From assembly GCA_964022095.1 (NCBI GenBank), contig CAXHZO010000007.1:1-64000 (forward strand): 64,000 nucleotides of DNA, read 5' to 3'. This document shows, one piece after another, positions 8,952 to 19,463 of the stretch. The DNA comes from an uncultured Arcobacteraceae bacterium (lineage in GTDB: Bacteria; Campylobacterota; Campylobacteria; Campylobacterales; Arcobacteraceae). The notes below the pieces were generated by a model, which had not been told where the DNA came from, ran no database searches, and saw only the letters and a program-made list of their open reading frames with translations. Each line of letters starts with the position of its first letter. Positions within the stretch are counted from its first letter, which is position 1. A program made the translations under genes and the position numbers.

Positions 8952-10844
8952 TTGTATAGTGAAATATTTTTAATATCAAGTAGTGATAATGGTCTAAAAG
9001 AAGAAGTTTCTAAGTACTTAAGTGAAAAGTATAAACAATCTATTAAAGAAGAAAACTATTTAAATAGTTTTGATGATATAAATGCTTTATATCTTTTAAA
9101 TCTAAAAGATGAAGAGATAAAAACTTTTTTTATCAATCATTTACATTCAAATATAAAAATAGCAATAATCCCAAATGAAGAAAATCCAACAGCAATATCC
9201 AATTATGGCTTATCAAAAAATCTAAATGACGCTATTGATGATGCTTTTAATGAAAAACTATTTAGTTGTATAGACATACTAAAATGTAATGACACAATTG
9301 CTTTTAATAAAATTGAAATAGGTGATATGCATGGAATTAATTGTTGTGTTGAAAAAAGCTATTTAAATAGTTTTAAAAACTTTCTTAGAAATCTGAAAAA
9401 TATTAGTTTTAAACCCTATACTTTAACAACTTCTAAAGAGCATTGTTTAAATACAGTGGCTTCTGGTATTATTATCTTAGAACACTCTGTAAAAAATGAT
9501 AAATCTGCATTAAAAGATGATTTATCATTGCATGATGGAAAGCTAAATGCCTTTGTTTTATCTCCAACTTCTTTAATATCGTATTTTTGGTATTTAATTA
9601 CTATTTTCTTTTCACATAGAGTTTCAATTTTATCACTTCCTAAAAGTTTAGGTTTTATAAAAAGTTCCTCTTTAAAAATAGAATCAGAAGATGGCTTTGA
9701 TTGTATGGTAGATAATGAACATTTAGAAAAAACTACACAAATAGATATTGAAGTAGTAAAAGATAGTATTTGCCTTTATTTAGGTAGAGGTTTAGAAGAA
9801 AAAATTCAAAGTGATACAAATAAAAATGAAGAAAAAGATAGTATAAAATTAAGTTCACTTCCTAAAGGAGAGCTAAACGAATTACTTTTAAAAGAGAAAT
9901 TACCTTTTTTCAAAAAAGCTAGTGAAGATGATTTTAAAGATTTATTTCTAAGTTTAAATAGTAGTGCAAAGTTTTCTTATATATTTTTAACACTAATGGT
10001 TTTAAGTACTTTAGTTGCAACAACTGGACTTTTTGCAAACTCTAGTCCTGTAATTATTGGTGCTATGATACTTGCACCTTTAATGTCACCTATTATTTCA
10101 CTTTCTATGGGTGTTATAAGAGCAAACAACTATTTGATAAGCCAAAGTCTTAGAACACTTCTTATTGGTGTTGTGATGGCCTTATTTGTTTCTTCATTAT
10201 TTACATTTATGATTCCACTTCATGATATAACAAATGAAATGCAAAGCAGACTAAATCCTAATTTATTAGATTTATTTGTAGCAATATTTTCAGGAATAGC
10301 AGGAGCTTATGCAAGTTCTAAAGAGGAAATTGCAAAATCACTTGCAGGTGTAGCTATTGCAGTTGCCTTAGTTCCTCCATTAAGTGTTACTGGTATTGGT
10401 ATAGGATTTGGTGATTTAAGCGTGATATATGGATCTTTTTTACTATTTATTACAAACTTAGTGGGGATTACACTTAGTGCAGCTATAACATTTATTATAT
10501 TAGGGTATTCACCTATTAAAAAAGCCACAAAAGGGCTTATTTATACAGGTATTATGTTAGCTTTAATAACAATACCTCTTGTGTCATCTTTTTATTCAAT
10601 GGTTGAACAAAAACAGTATGTATCTGTACTAAATAAAATCAAACATATTAAATTGGAAGATAAATCAATTGAGCTAAATGTTTCATCTATTAAAGAAGTT
10701 GATAATATACTTTATGTAGATATTCAAGTAATTAGTGAAAAAATTACTAGTCAAAATGATTATAAGAAAATAAAAAAGCTTATTGAAGAGAAAACTCATA
10801 AAAAAAGTATTTTAAATATCACTCCTAAAATCATTATAAAGTAG
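8952..10844 (+). CDS. TIGR00341/DUF389 family membrane protein with N-terminal diacylglycerol-kinase-like region
   Basis: C-terminal multi-TM block with SPVIIGAMILAPLMSPI and LAGVAIAVALVPPL; N-terminal soluble region with DGKLNAFVL. Confidence 0.8.
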   Translation: MYSEIFLISSSDNGLKEEVSKYLSEKYKQSIKEENYLNSFDDINALYLLNLKDEEIKTFFINHLHSNIKIAIIPNEENPTAISNYGLSKNLNDAIDDAFNEKLFSCIDILKCNDTIAFNKIEIGDMHGINCCVEKSYLNSFKNFLRNLKNISFKPYTLTTSKEHCLNTVASGIIILEHSVKNDKSALKDDLSLHDGKLNAFVLSPTSLISYFWYLITIFFSHRVSILSLPKSLGFIKSSSLKIESEDGFDCMVDNEHLEKTTQIDIEVVKDSICLYLGRGLEEKIQSDTNKNEEKDSIKLSSLPKGELNELLLKEKLPFFKKASEDDFKDLFLSLNSSAKFSYIFLTLMVLSTLVATTGLFANSSPVIIGAMILAPLMSPIISLSMGVIRANNYLISQSLRTLLIGVVMALFVSSLFTFMIPLHDITNEMQSRLNPNLLDLFVAIFSGIAGAYASSKEEIAKSLAGVAIAVALVPPLSVTGIGIGFGDLSVIYGSFLLFITNLVGITLSAAITFIILGYSPIKKATKGLIYTGIMLALITIPLVSSFYSMVEQKQYVSVLNKIKHIKLEDKSIELNVSSIKEVDNILYVDIQVISEKITSQNDYKKIKKLIEEKTHKKSILNITPKIIIK

Positions 10845-10848
10845 TTAA

Positions 10849-13092
10849 ATGAAGTGCTATAAAATAGAAGTAAAAGGTATAGTTCAAGGAGTAGGGTTTA
10901 GACCATATGTTTATAACCTTGCTTTGCAAAATGATATAAAAGGTTGGGTAAATAATGATGATAAAGGAGTAAATATTGTTCTTTATTCATCAAAGCAAAA
11001 CTGTGAAATTTTTATTAATGAACTTAAAAATAACCCTCCAAAATTAGCAAAAATAGATGATATTAAAATAGAAGAAATAATTTCTAAAAAAGAGTATAAA
11101 AGTTTCGAAATTATAAAAAGTGCTAACACAAATAATAAATCAACAATCATAAGTCCAGATATGGCTATATGTGATGATTGTATTGAAGATATAAATGATA
11201 AAAACAACTTTAGATACAATTATGCTTTAACAAACTGTACGAACTGTGGTCCAAGATACTCTATTATAAAAACAGTTCCATATGATAGATGTAATACTTC
11301 TATGAGTGAATTTGAATTATGTGAAAAGTGTGCAAAAGAGTATATGGATCCAACAAATAGAAGGTACCATGCACAACCAGTTTCTTGTGAAGCTTGCGGT
11401 CCAAAAGTTACTTTGTATAATAAAAATGGTGAAGTTTTATCATATGAAATTAAAGCTATAAAACAAATATCAGATTTAATCAATAATGGTAATATCGTAG
11501 CCGTTAAAGGATTAGGTGGTTTTCATCTAATTTGTGATGCAACGAATGAAAATATTGTAAAAGAGTTAAGGCAGAGAAAAAACCGACCAAATAAGCCTTT
11601 TGCTGTTATGTTTAAAGATTTAAAGAGTGTTAAAAATTATACAAAACTAACTTTAAAAGAAGAAGAGATAATAAACTCAAAAGAAAAACCAATACTACTC
11701 GTTGAAAAAGCTGAAAATACAAATCTAAGTGAGTTAGTTTCTCCATGTATTAATAAACTAGGGAGCTTTATAGCTTATACACCATTACATCATTTGTTAT
11801 TTAGGTATTTACACAATCCTATTATCGCAACAAGTGCTAATTTAAAAGATGAACCAATCATAAGATTTAAAGATGAAATCATAGAAAAACTTGGGTCTGT
11901 AGTTGATTATATTCTTGATTTTAATAGAGATATTGTAAATGCCTGTGATGATTCTGTTATACAAATAGTAAAAAATGATATAAGCAAACTAAGAAATGCA
12001 AGAGGGTATGCTCCTACCCCTATAAAATTAAAAAAAACAACTTCTAAAAATATACTTTCTCTTGGTGCAAACCAAAAATCAACTATATCTCTTGCTTTTG
12101 AAAATAACTTAATTTTATCACCTCATATTGGTGATTTAAACTCTATAGAATCTGTTGAATATTTTGAAAGAACAATTGATACATTTAAGAGTTTTTATGA
12201 TTTTGAACCTGATATTATAGTTTGTGATAAACATCCAAATTATGAGTCAACAAAATTTGCTTTAAAACTAAAAGAGCAAAATCCAAAATTAGAACTGGTT
12301 CAAGTCCAACATCACTATGCTCATATTCTTTCAACTATGGCTGAATATAACTTAGAAGATGAAGTTTTAGGAATAGCTTTTGATGGGACTGGTTATGGAG
12401 ATGATGGAAATATTTGGGGTGGAGAAGTATTTATAGCTTCTCAAAAAAAGTATAAACGAATAAATCATATCAAATACTTTAGGCTTCTAGGTGGAGAAAT
12501 GGCAGTGAAAGAGCCAAAAAGAGTTGCATTATCACTACTATTTGATAATTATAGTTTACAAGAGGTGTTAAATTTAGATACCCCGGTTGTAAAAGCATTT
12601 AAAACAAATGAAATACAAATGCTTCATAAAATGTGGGAAAAGCAACTAAATGCACCTCTTACAAGCTCTATAGGACGTCTTTTTGATGCAGTTGCATCAT
12701 TTGCTAATATCTCTCATACCCAAAGTTATGAAGGTGAAACTGGACTACAAATAGAACAGAGTTATAATGCTTCAATTAATGATACATATAATTATGAAAT
12801 TACAAAAGAAGGTATTGAAATATCACCTATGATAAAACAGATTTTGCAAGACAATAATAGTGAAATCATATGTTCAAAATTTATAAATACATTAGTAGAA
12901 GTTGTACTTGAATTTTCAGCTTTAAATGAAAAATTACCAGTAGTTTTAAGTGGTGGAGTTTTTCAAAATAAAACACTTCTAGAATTAGTTTTAACTAAAT
13001 TTGAACAGCAGAGTAGGGAAGTATACTACTCAAAAAACATACCATTAAATGATGGTGGAATTAGTGCTGGTCAAATCTATCATATTTTATAG
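10849..13092 (+). CDS. hypF: Carbamoyltransferase HypF
   Basis: GIVQGVGFRP acylphosphatase domain, CxxC Zn fingers (CTNCGPRY, CEACGP), KGLGGFHL, QHHYAH, DGTGYG, NDGGISAGQ. Confidence 0.98.
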   Translation: MKCYKIEVKGIVQGVGFRPYVYNLALQNDIKGWVNNDDKGVNIVLYSSKQNCEIFINELKNNPPKLAKIDDIKIEEIISKKEYKSFEIIKSANTNNKSTIISPDMAICDDCIEDINDKNNFRYNYALTNCTNCGPRYSIIKTVPYDRCNTSMSEFELCEKCAKEYMDPTNRRYHAQPVSCEACGPKVTLYNKNGEVLSYEIKAIKQISDLINNGNIVAVKGLGGFHLICDATNENIVKELRQRKNRPNKPFAVMFKDLKSVKNYTKLTLKEEEIINSKEKPILLVEKAENTNLSELVSPCINKLGSFIAYTPLHHLLFRYLHNPIIATSANLKDEPIIRFKDEIIEKLGSVVDYILDFNRDIVNACDDSVIQIVKNDISKLRNARGYAPTPIKLKKTTSKNILSLGANQKSTISLAFENNLILSPHIGDLNSIESVEYFERTIDTFKSFYDFEPDIIVCDKHPNYESTKFALKLKEQNPKLELVQVQHHYAHILSTMAEYNLEDEVLGIAFDGTGYGDDGNIWGGEVFIASQKKYKRINHIKYFRLLGGEMAVKEPKRVALSLLFDNYSLQEVLNLDTPVVKAFKTNEIQMLHKMWEKQLNAPLTSSIGRLFDAVASFANISHTQSYEGETGLQIEQSYNASINDTYNYEITKEGIEISPMIKQILQDNNSEIICSKFINTLVEVVLEFSALNEKLPVVLSGGVFQNKTLLELVLTKFEQQSREVYYSKNIPLNDGGISAGQIYHIL

Positions 13093-13359
13093 ATTAACTT
13101 ATACAAAATATATTATGTATTAACTAGTTAAAATATCTAAAATATGTAATAAAAATAATCTATATCTACTTTTTTTTTGGGATTTTTTGAAAAAATAATT
13201 TTTTGAAAAAATCTGCTTTTTATTAAGGCTACAAAATTAAATTAAAGATTATATAAAATGTATAATATTTAATATCTTAAAATATTAACATGATGATTGT
13301 GAGTTTTTGCTACTTAATCTATTTTTCGTTAGAATGCAAGAAAAATTTTAGGAAAGTTT

Positions 13360-13776
13360 ATGATTAAAACTACACATGAAATCTCTAATGAAGATGGCTA
13401 TATTAAATACAATTTTTTTGAAATTCATGAAGATTTACAAGGCATTGTTGCAGATGATTATTATACATATAAAACAGATGAATTTAAAAAAGAATCTTAT
13501 TGTGAGCTGATGTACAAAAAAAACTTTTATGATAAGTATGATAAAGATTCATATAAAGAAGTTTATGAAAAATATATTGATAATGAAAAGTTTAAAGAAA
13601 AAGCACTTTTTATTTATTCAGTTATTGATTATGATAAGTATGTAAAATTTGTAGAAGAAAATCCTACTATTGATAATCCAAATGATCTAACTATTTCATA
13701 TAGTATTTTGGATAGTGTTGGAGTAAAAGTAAATATTTACAATATCTCTATTACTGATATTTCTTTTGTGTTTTAG
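13360..13776 (+). CDS. Hypothetical protein
   Basis: 138-aa ORF with AGGA RBS; Tyr/Asp/Lys-rich; no recognised motif. Confidence 0.7.
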   Translation: MIKTTHEISNEDGYIKYNFFEIHEDLQGIVADDYYTYKTDEFKKESYCELMYKKNFYDKYDKDSYKEVYEKYIDNEKFKEKALFIYSVIDYDKYVKFVEENPTIDNPNDLTISYSILDSVGVKVNIYNISITDISFVF

Positions 13777-13781
13777 GTTTT

Positions 13782-14507
13782 GTGATGTTTAAAGATTTTA
13801 AATCATACACTTTATTTCCTCTTGTAATGATATTTGCAAAGACTCTAAAGGGTAAAAAACTAGATTATATAGAATTTATTAGTGAAAACAAAAATGAGCT
13901 AAAAAATAAAGTCTTATTAGAAGTTGATTGTGTAGATAATCAATTCTCAGAGAATATCAAAAAATTCTTTGATAAAGAATCACCTATTTTTGATAAAACG
14001 CTAGTAAAGTTTAAAGTTGATCTATCAGTTGCACCAGAACTTAGAAGAGGATTAACTCAAGATTTTTCAAAAACATTGGATATATACTATGCTATGTCAA
14101 TGTTAGGAGCTAAAATACCAAATGAAAATATTTATATAGAACTTGATTTAAACAATCAAAAAGTAAATACCTCAAATATCAATAACCTTCTAAGATATAT
14201 CTTATTAGCTTATGGATCTAAAAAAGTAGATAGAGTATTCATAGACACGTCAAAGTTTGATTCAAGGTCTTTAAAAGCTTATGAAACACTAGTTTCATAT
14301 TTAAATAACTCTGTAATAGAAAACTATACAAACTCTAAAAGTCTTCATGTAATAACAACAACTTCAAATAAAAAAACACTAGACATAGTTTGGTCTAGTA
14401 AAGAAGATATTGAGTTGACAGATTTTAACACTGTTTATAACAGATTTGGAGAAGAGTTAAAAGAGGGAATTAAAATCTCAGTTAACCCAATTTATGCTTA
14501 TCACTAG
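13782..14507 (+). CDS. Hypothetical protein (possibly degenerate glycoside-hydrolase-like)
   Basis: 241-aa ORF co-oriented with the previous gene; LRYILLAYGSKKVDRVF loosely recalls the end of TIM-barrel glycoside hydrolases. Confidence 0.55.
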   Translation: MMFKDFKSYTLFPLVMIFAKTLKGKKLDYIEFISENKNELKNKVLLEVDCVDNQFSENIKKFFDKESPIFDKTLVKFKVDLSVAPELRRGLTQDFSKTLDIYYAMSMLGAKIPNENIYIELDLNNQKVNTSNINNLLRYILLAYGSKKVDRVFIDTSKFDSRSLKAYETLVSYLNNSVIENYTNSKSLHVITTTSNKKTLDIVWSSKEDIELTDFNTVYNRFGEELKEGIKISVNPIYAYH

Positions 14508-14710
14508 TCTTGTCTAGGCATAGAGATAAGTTTATTTCTCATTTTTGCGATATCTATTGTTAGTCTTTCTTTCATAGCAGGAGTGAATTGTTCATTTTGA
14601 TTTAAAACTTGTTGAACAATCACTTCAAACTCACTAGTTGATAACTCTTTAGTCTCTTCTATAAGTTTTAAAAATAGAGTTCTTATTTTTTCGTATTGTT
14701 CTTCATTCAT
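14504..14710 (-). CDS. Small hypothetical helical protein
   Basis: 68-aa ORF, AGGTGA RBS on the minus strand. Confidence 0.65.
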   Translation of the reverse strand: MNEEQYEKIRTLFLKLIEETKELSTSEFEVIVQQVLNQNEQFTPAMKERLTIDIAKMRNKLISMPRQD

Positions 14711-14781
14711 ATTTCACCTTTTAAATAAAAAATTTATTATGTCAAAAAGTTATATAGAAGAAAATAAAGCAACAGTAATAA

Positions 14782-16719
14782 TTATGATATAGGAATTGTA
14801 ATTACAAATTCTGCACCTTTGAATAAGCTTCCTTCATATGTGTATTCTACATTAGTGGCTTCAAGTTTTCCATTCATATTATCTTCAATGATTTTTTTGC
14901 TCATATGTAGACCAATACCTGTATTGTCAATTTCATTTTTACAAGTAAAGTATGCATCAAATATTTGGTCTAGAACATCAGCTCTTATTCCACCTGCATT
15001 ATCTTTTATTTTTATGATTGCATTGTTGTTTTGTTTATAAACATTAATAAAAAGACAATGTTTTTTATTTGAATTCTCATTTTTTGTAAATTCATCTTTT
15101 GCATTTTTTATAATATTAATTAAAACTTGTAATAGTTCATTTTGATAAGCAAATATTTTAACATCAGAAATATCTTGAATGATTGATATATTAAGGTTTT
15201 TAAATTCAGAATCTATTAGATTGAAGGTCTTCTTAAAAGTATCTTCTATACTAAATTCACAGGTGTCTTTATTTGGATTAAAGAAATTTTTAAAATCATC
15301 AATTGTATTTGCTAGATATACTACTGAATCATCAATCTTTTTAATAGCATAATCGATATCTTCTAATTCCTGTATATTTTTATCCTCTTTTTCAAATTTT
15401 ATTATTTGATTTGACATTCTAATAGTACTTAAAGGTTGTTTCCATTGATGTGCAATATTCCCTATCATTTCACCCATCATTGCCATTTTAGATTGTTGAA
15501 TTAGAAGTTTTTCTTTTTCTAGAATTTTGTTTGATTCTTTTTTTAATTCTTTTCTATAGTTATTAAATTTTTTTGCAATTATATTTGAAATGTAAAAAGA
15601 CATTAAAATAAGAATTATAGTAAGTATAAAACTAATAAGTAAAATTTTATTAATCAAATCATTGTTCTTTTTTACTAATTCTTGTTCTTTTTTAGTAATT
15701 TCTTTATTTAATTTATCTAGGTAAAACCCTGTTACAATAATCCATTCCCAATTGTTAAGATATTGTATATAAGAGATTTTATTAGATGAGGCATAATTAT
15801 TATTATATGATGATAAATAGTTTATATAACCTTTTTTATTCCTTTGTGCAAAAGATAGTGCATCTTTTAAAAATAGTCTTCCATTTTTATCTTTTATATT
15901 TAGTCTATTTACTCCTATATACTCTTTTTTAGAATGTAACAGACATGTTCCATCTATGTTATAAACGAATATATATTGATTAGAACCCGATTTTATTCTA
16001 TCAAGCCAAGAGAGTACTTTTTCTTTCAATTTAGTTTCAAAATCAACTACATATTCACCAATCCCTATTGAAATATTATATGGTTCAAAATATTTATAAA
16101 AACTAATTTTTTTATATGTTGTTTTTTTATCATTGGGTTTATACCAGTAATACTCATCAAAAGATTCTGATTTATTTTTAATTACTTCAATTCTTTTTTG
16201 AATAAATTTATACCCGTTTGCATCAGTAAATTCAGAAAAATTTTTTCCTACAAATGATTCATTAAATGGTTGCATTAATTTCACACCATTAATATCATCC
16301 ATAAAAAAATATCCCCTTTCATCTTTATATGACATTCCTGTTAAAGCAAATTTGATTAATTCGAAAGCTTGTTCTTTTGAAAGTTTTTTATCTTGGTCTT
16401 TTTGATTTATTGTTTGATTGTAAATAGTAGTTGCTACTTCGTGAGCTTCATAAACTCTTTGTTTTAGAAGTTCCTTTAAAGAGTCTTCAGATTTTGTAAT
16501 TTCAAAATTTATTAAATTAACAACTTTATTAATTTCATTTTTTATTATGATTTTATTTTCTTTTAAATATTCATTTTTAATGTACTTTATACTGTTAGAT
16601 AAGTCTTTTTTTGTTTGATTAATTAATGTAAGTGTGATTATTAAAGATAAAAGTAATAAAGGTAAGACTGGTCCAAATTTAATAATATTTAATAATTTTT
16701 TTTCACTGTTTAAAAACAT
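14782..16719 (-). CDS. Cache-domain sensor histidine kinase (orphan)
   Basis: Two TM helices around two Cache-like domains (GYFFM, YIFVY); H-box MGEMIGNIAHQWKQP, N-box NIIKNAKD, DNAGGI, GIGLHM. Confidence 0.92.
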   Translation of the reverse strand: MFLNSEKKLLNIIKFGPVLPLLLLSLIITLTLINQTKKDLSNSIKYIKNEYLKENKIIIKNEINKVVNLINFEITKSEDSLKELLKQRVYEAHEVATTIYNQTINQKDQDKKLSKEQAFELIKFALTGMSYKDERGYFFMDDINGVKLMQPFNESFVGKNFSEFTDANGYKFIQKRIEVIKNKSESFDEYYWYKPNDKKTTYKKISFYKYFEPYNISIGIGEYVVDFETKLKEKVLSWLDRIKSGSNQYIFVYNIDGTCLLHSKKEYIGVNRLNIKDKNGRLFLKDALSFAQRNKKGYINYLSSYNNNYASSNKISYIQYLNNWEWIIVTGFYLDKLNKEITKKEQELVKKNNDLINKILLISFILTIILILMSFYISNIIAKKFNNYRKELKKESNKILEKEKLLIQQSKMAMMGEMIGNIAHQWKQPLSTIRMSNQIIKFEKEDKNIQELEDIDYAIKKIDDSVVYLANTIDDFKNFFNPNKDTCEFSIEDTFKKTFNLIDSEFKNLNISIIQDISDVKIFAYQNELLQVLINIIKNAKDEFTKNENSNKKHCLFINVYKQNNNAIIKIKDNAGGIRADVLDQIFDAYFTCKNEIDNTGIGLHMSKKIIEDNMNGKLEATNVEYTYEGSLFKGAEFVITIPIS

Positions 16720-16832
16720 TAAAATCCTAAGGTATCTAATTGTTGTATATCAAATAGTATTACATATTGACATAAAATTAATTTAAAGAGTAATTTTATT
16801 TTATAATCACACAAATTTAATAAAGGTATTTA

Positions 16833-17228
16833 ATGAAAATTTGTGGAATGGAACTAAAGTCGAGTAATGCAGTTTTAGTAGTATTAGATGATACTGAGTT
16901 TTGTGATTTAAAAATCAAAAAATTAACAATTGATAATGATGAAAGCCAAGAAGATATAAGACAGTTTTGTAATGAATTTTTACTATTTTTAGAACAAAAT
17001 CAAATAGAAAAAGTAGTTATTAAAAAACGTGCAAAAAAAGGAAATTTTGCTGGTGGTGCAGTAACTTTTAAAATGGAAGGTTTGATACAACTAAATCCTC
17101 AGTGTGAAGTTGAATTAATCTCTTCTCAATCAATTTCTTCTTTTGAAAAGAAAAATATAGTGGAGTTTCCCTCTAGTTTGAAAAAGTATCAAGAACAAGC
17201 ATATTTAGCTGCTTTAAGTAGTATTTAA
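16833..17228 (+). CDS. DUF3010 family protein
   Basis: MKICGMELKS, KKRAKKGNFAGGAVTFKMEGLIQ, KKYQEQAY signature. Confidence 0.8.
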   Translation: MKICGMELKSSNAVLVVLDDTEFCDLKIKKLTIDNDESQEDIRQFCNEFLLFLEQNQIEKVVIKKRAKKGNFAGGAVTFKMEGLIQLNPQCEVELISSQSISSFEKKNIVEFPSSLKKYQEQAYLAALSSI

Positions 17229-17292
17229 AAATCTATTTAAAACTCTTATGTTATAATCGCGACAATATATAAAGAGGGCCAAATAAAAAAAT

Positions 17293-18759
17293 ATGACAAA
17301 TGTAGAAGTTAAAACTCAAAAATTTATAATTAAGTTTTTCCCAGAGATTATGGTAAAGGGAACAAAAGCAAAAAGACAGATGATAAATCAGCTGTATACG
17401 AACTTGCAGAAAATTCTTTTTGCCATTTCTAAAGAGACTACTATTACTAAATTTTTTGACAAAATTGAAGTTGTATGTTCTGTTGATGTTGTAGTTGAAA
17501 CAAGACAAAAGTTACTTGATACTCCAGGAATTGAGTTAGTTCTTGAAGCAGTTCAATTTGATAATATGACAACAATTGATGAAATTAAAGAGAAAGTAAA
17601 TGAAGTAGCAGCTAGCCAAATAGTTGGGAAAACATTTAAAATAAATGCAAAAAGAGTAGGTGAACAGCCTTTTAAATCTCCGGATATCGAAAGAACAGTC
17701 GGTGGGCATATGCTTGCACAAAATAGTGAGCTTACAAAAGGTGTTGATGTAAGAAAGCCTGAGGTTGTAGTGAATTTAGAATTAATTCATAAACAACTAA
17801 ATGTCATCACTTTAAGACATAAAGGTTTAGGTGGTTTTCCTATTGGAACTCAAGGTGCTATTTTATCGCTTATGTCTGGTGGGTTTGATTCTACCGTTGC
17901 TAGTTATTTAACTATGTCAAGAGGTATTAAAACTAATTTTGTATTTTTTAATCTTGGTGGAGTAGCACATGAAATTGGTGTTAAACAAGTAGCTTATTAC
18001 TTATGGAAGAAATTTGGAACTTCACATAGAGTAACTATTACAACTATTCCTTTTGAAGATGTTGTAAGTGAAATTTTTAGAAGCACTGGTGAGTCATACA
18101 TGGGTGTAACTTTAAAAAGATTAATGCTAATGGCCAGTGAAAAAATTGCAAATAGAATGGATATAGACGCACTTCTAACAGGTGAAAGTGTTGCACAAGT
18201 ATCTTCTCAAACTTTAAGAAATCTAGCTTTAATTGATCAAGCTTGTAATAAATTAGTTTTAAGACCACTTTCGACTATGAGTAAGCCAGATATTATGGAA
18301 ATTGCAGCAAAAATTGGTACAAAACATTTTGCAGAATCAATGCCAGAATATTGTGGAGTAATATCTAAAAATCCAATTACTCATGGAAGTTACAAAAGAA
18401 TGGATGAAGAGTCAAAAAGATTTGATTATTCTGTATTAGATGAAGCCGTTCAAAATGGAGTTACTGTAAATGTAGATGAAATAGATTTAGATGTAGCTCA
18501 AATTGGGCAACTTGATGTTATAAGTGATTTATCAAGTGGGGAATATACAGTAATTGATATTAGACAAAGTGATGATTGTATTGAAACTTCAAGTGAAACA
18601 ATTAAAATTCCATTTTATAAATTAAAAGGTGAGTTTAAAAAACTTCCTCAAGATAAACAGTATCTATTCTATTGTGAAAAAGGTATCTTAAGCCAACTTC
18701 ATGGACAATACTTAAGAGATAGCGAAAACTATACAAATATTAAGGTTTATAGACCTTAA
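17293..18759 (+). CDS. thiI: tRNA 4-thiouridine synthase ThiI
   Basis: FPEIMVKG, THUMP domain, PP-loop SLMSGGFDS, PEYCGVIS, C-terminal rhodanese-like FYCEKG. Confidence 0.96.
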   Translation: MTNVEVKTQKFIIKFFPEIMVKGTKAKRQMINQLYTNLQKILFAISKETTITKFFDKIEVVCSVDVVVETRQKLLDTPGIELVLEAVQFDNMTTIDEIKEKVNEVAASQIVGKTFKINAKRVGEQPFKSPDIERTVGGHMLAQNSELTKGVDVRKPEVVVNLELIHKQLNVITLRHKGLGGFPIGTQGAILSLMSGGFDSTVASYLTMSRGIKTNFVFFNLGGVAHEIGVKQVAYYLWKKFGTSHRVTITTIPFEDVVSEIFRSTGESYMGVTLKRLMLMASEKIANRMDIDALLTGESVAQVSSQTLRNLALIDQACNKLVLRPLSTMSKPDIMEIAAKIGTKHFAESMPEYCGVISKNPITHGSYKRMDEESKRFDYSVLDEAVQNGVTVNVDEIDLDVAQIGQLDVISDLSSGEYTVIDIRQSDDCIETSSETIKIPFYKLKGEFKKLPQDKQYLFYCEKGILSQLHGQYLRDSENYTNIKVYRP

Positions 18760-18763
18760 TATT

Positions 18764-19009
18764 ATGAAAAAACAAATTAGATTAGTAAGTTTTATTTTAA
18801 TTGTTTTTTTATTAAGTGGGTGTGCTATAAAAAGAACAGATAGCCCAACTACAAAGATACTTAAGCACACTGCAAATGCTCCTTTATATCTTTTAGCTGG
18901 TTCAGTTATATTATTAAATATCTTCTATTACAGACCTTATTATACTCATGGACATAGAATTAGGTATCATGGTTATTATACAAATAGTCATAGGTATTAC
19001 AGGCACTAA
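18764..19009 (+). CDS. Small putative lipoprotein with His/Tyr/Arg-rich repeated tail
   Basis: Lipobox LSGC, second hydrophobic segment, C-terminal YYTHGHR / YYTNSHR repeats. Confidence 0.65.
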   Translation: MKKQIRLVSFILIVFLLSGCAIKRTDSPTTKILKHTANAPLYLLAGSVILLNIFYYRPYYTHGHRIRYHGYYTNSHRYYRH

Positions 19010-19013
19010 TTAC

Positions 19014-19463
19014 TTAAAGAACAAATAAAAATAAATAAAGTAGTACTCCCATAAAAGAAGATAGGCTCATAAAAGCAAATATTGCTTTTCCTATTTTTTT
19101 ATGTTTGCTATTTATGATAGATTTTATGTCGTTGTTTCTATATGCTTTTAATGAAATTATATAAAGATATAGCCAACCCCCTAAACTTGCAGTTGCAATA
19201 ATAATATGTATTACTAAATATATTACTAAAAACTCAAATGAAAATGAACTATTATCAGCATACATCATAAAGCCACCAAAAACTCTTGCACTAACTTCAA
19301 AGTATAAAATTACAAGTAAGCTAATAGTTAAAAGAATTGTTTGTGTTTGTAGATGTAGTTTATAGTTTTTTTTGATTGCAAAATATATTGTTATTGCAAA
19401 TAAAAATGGAAGAATAGCAAAGTATATTGCCATTACATCCATATAAATAGGTGAGTTTATCAC
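19014..19463 (-). CDS. DUF420 family membrane protein
   Basis: Four TM helices with AIKKNYKLH, YLVIHIIIA, HKKIGK. Confidence 0.8.
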   Translation of the reverse strand: MINSPIYMDVMAIYFAILPFLFAITIYFAIKKNYKLHLQTQTILLTISLLVILYFEVSARVFGGFMMYADNSSFSFEFLVIYLVIHIIIATASLGGWLYLYIISLKAYRNNDIKSIINSKHKKIGKAIFAFMSLSSFMGVLLYLFLFVL

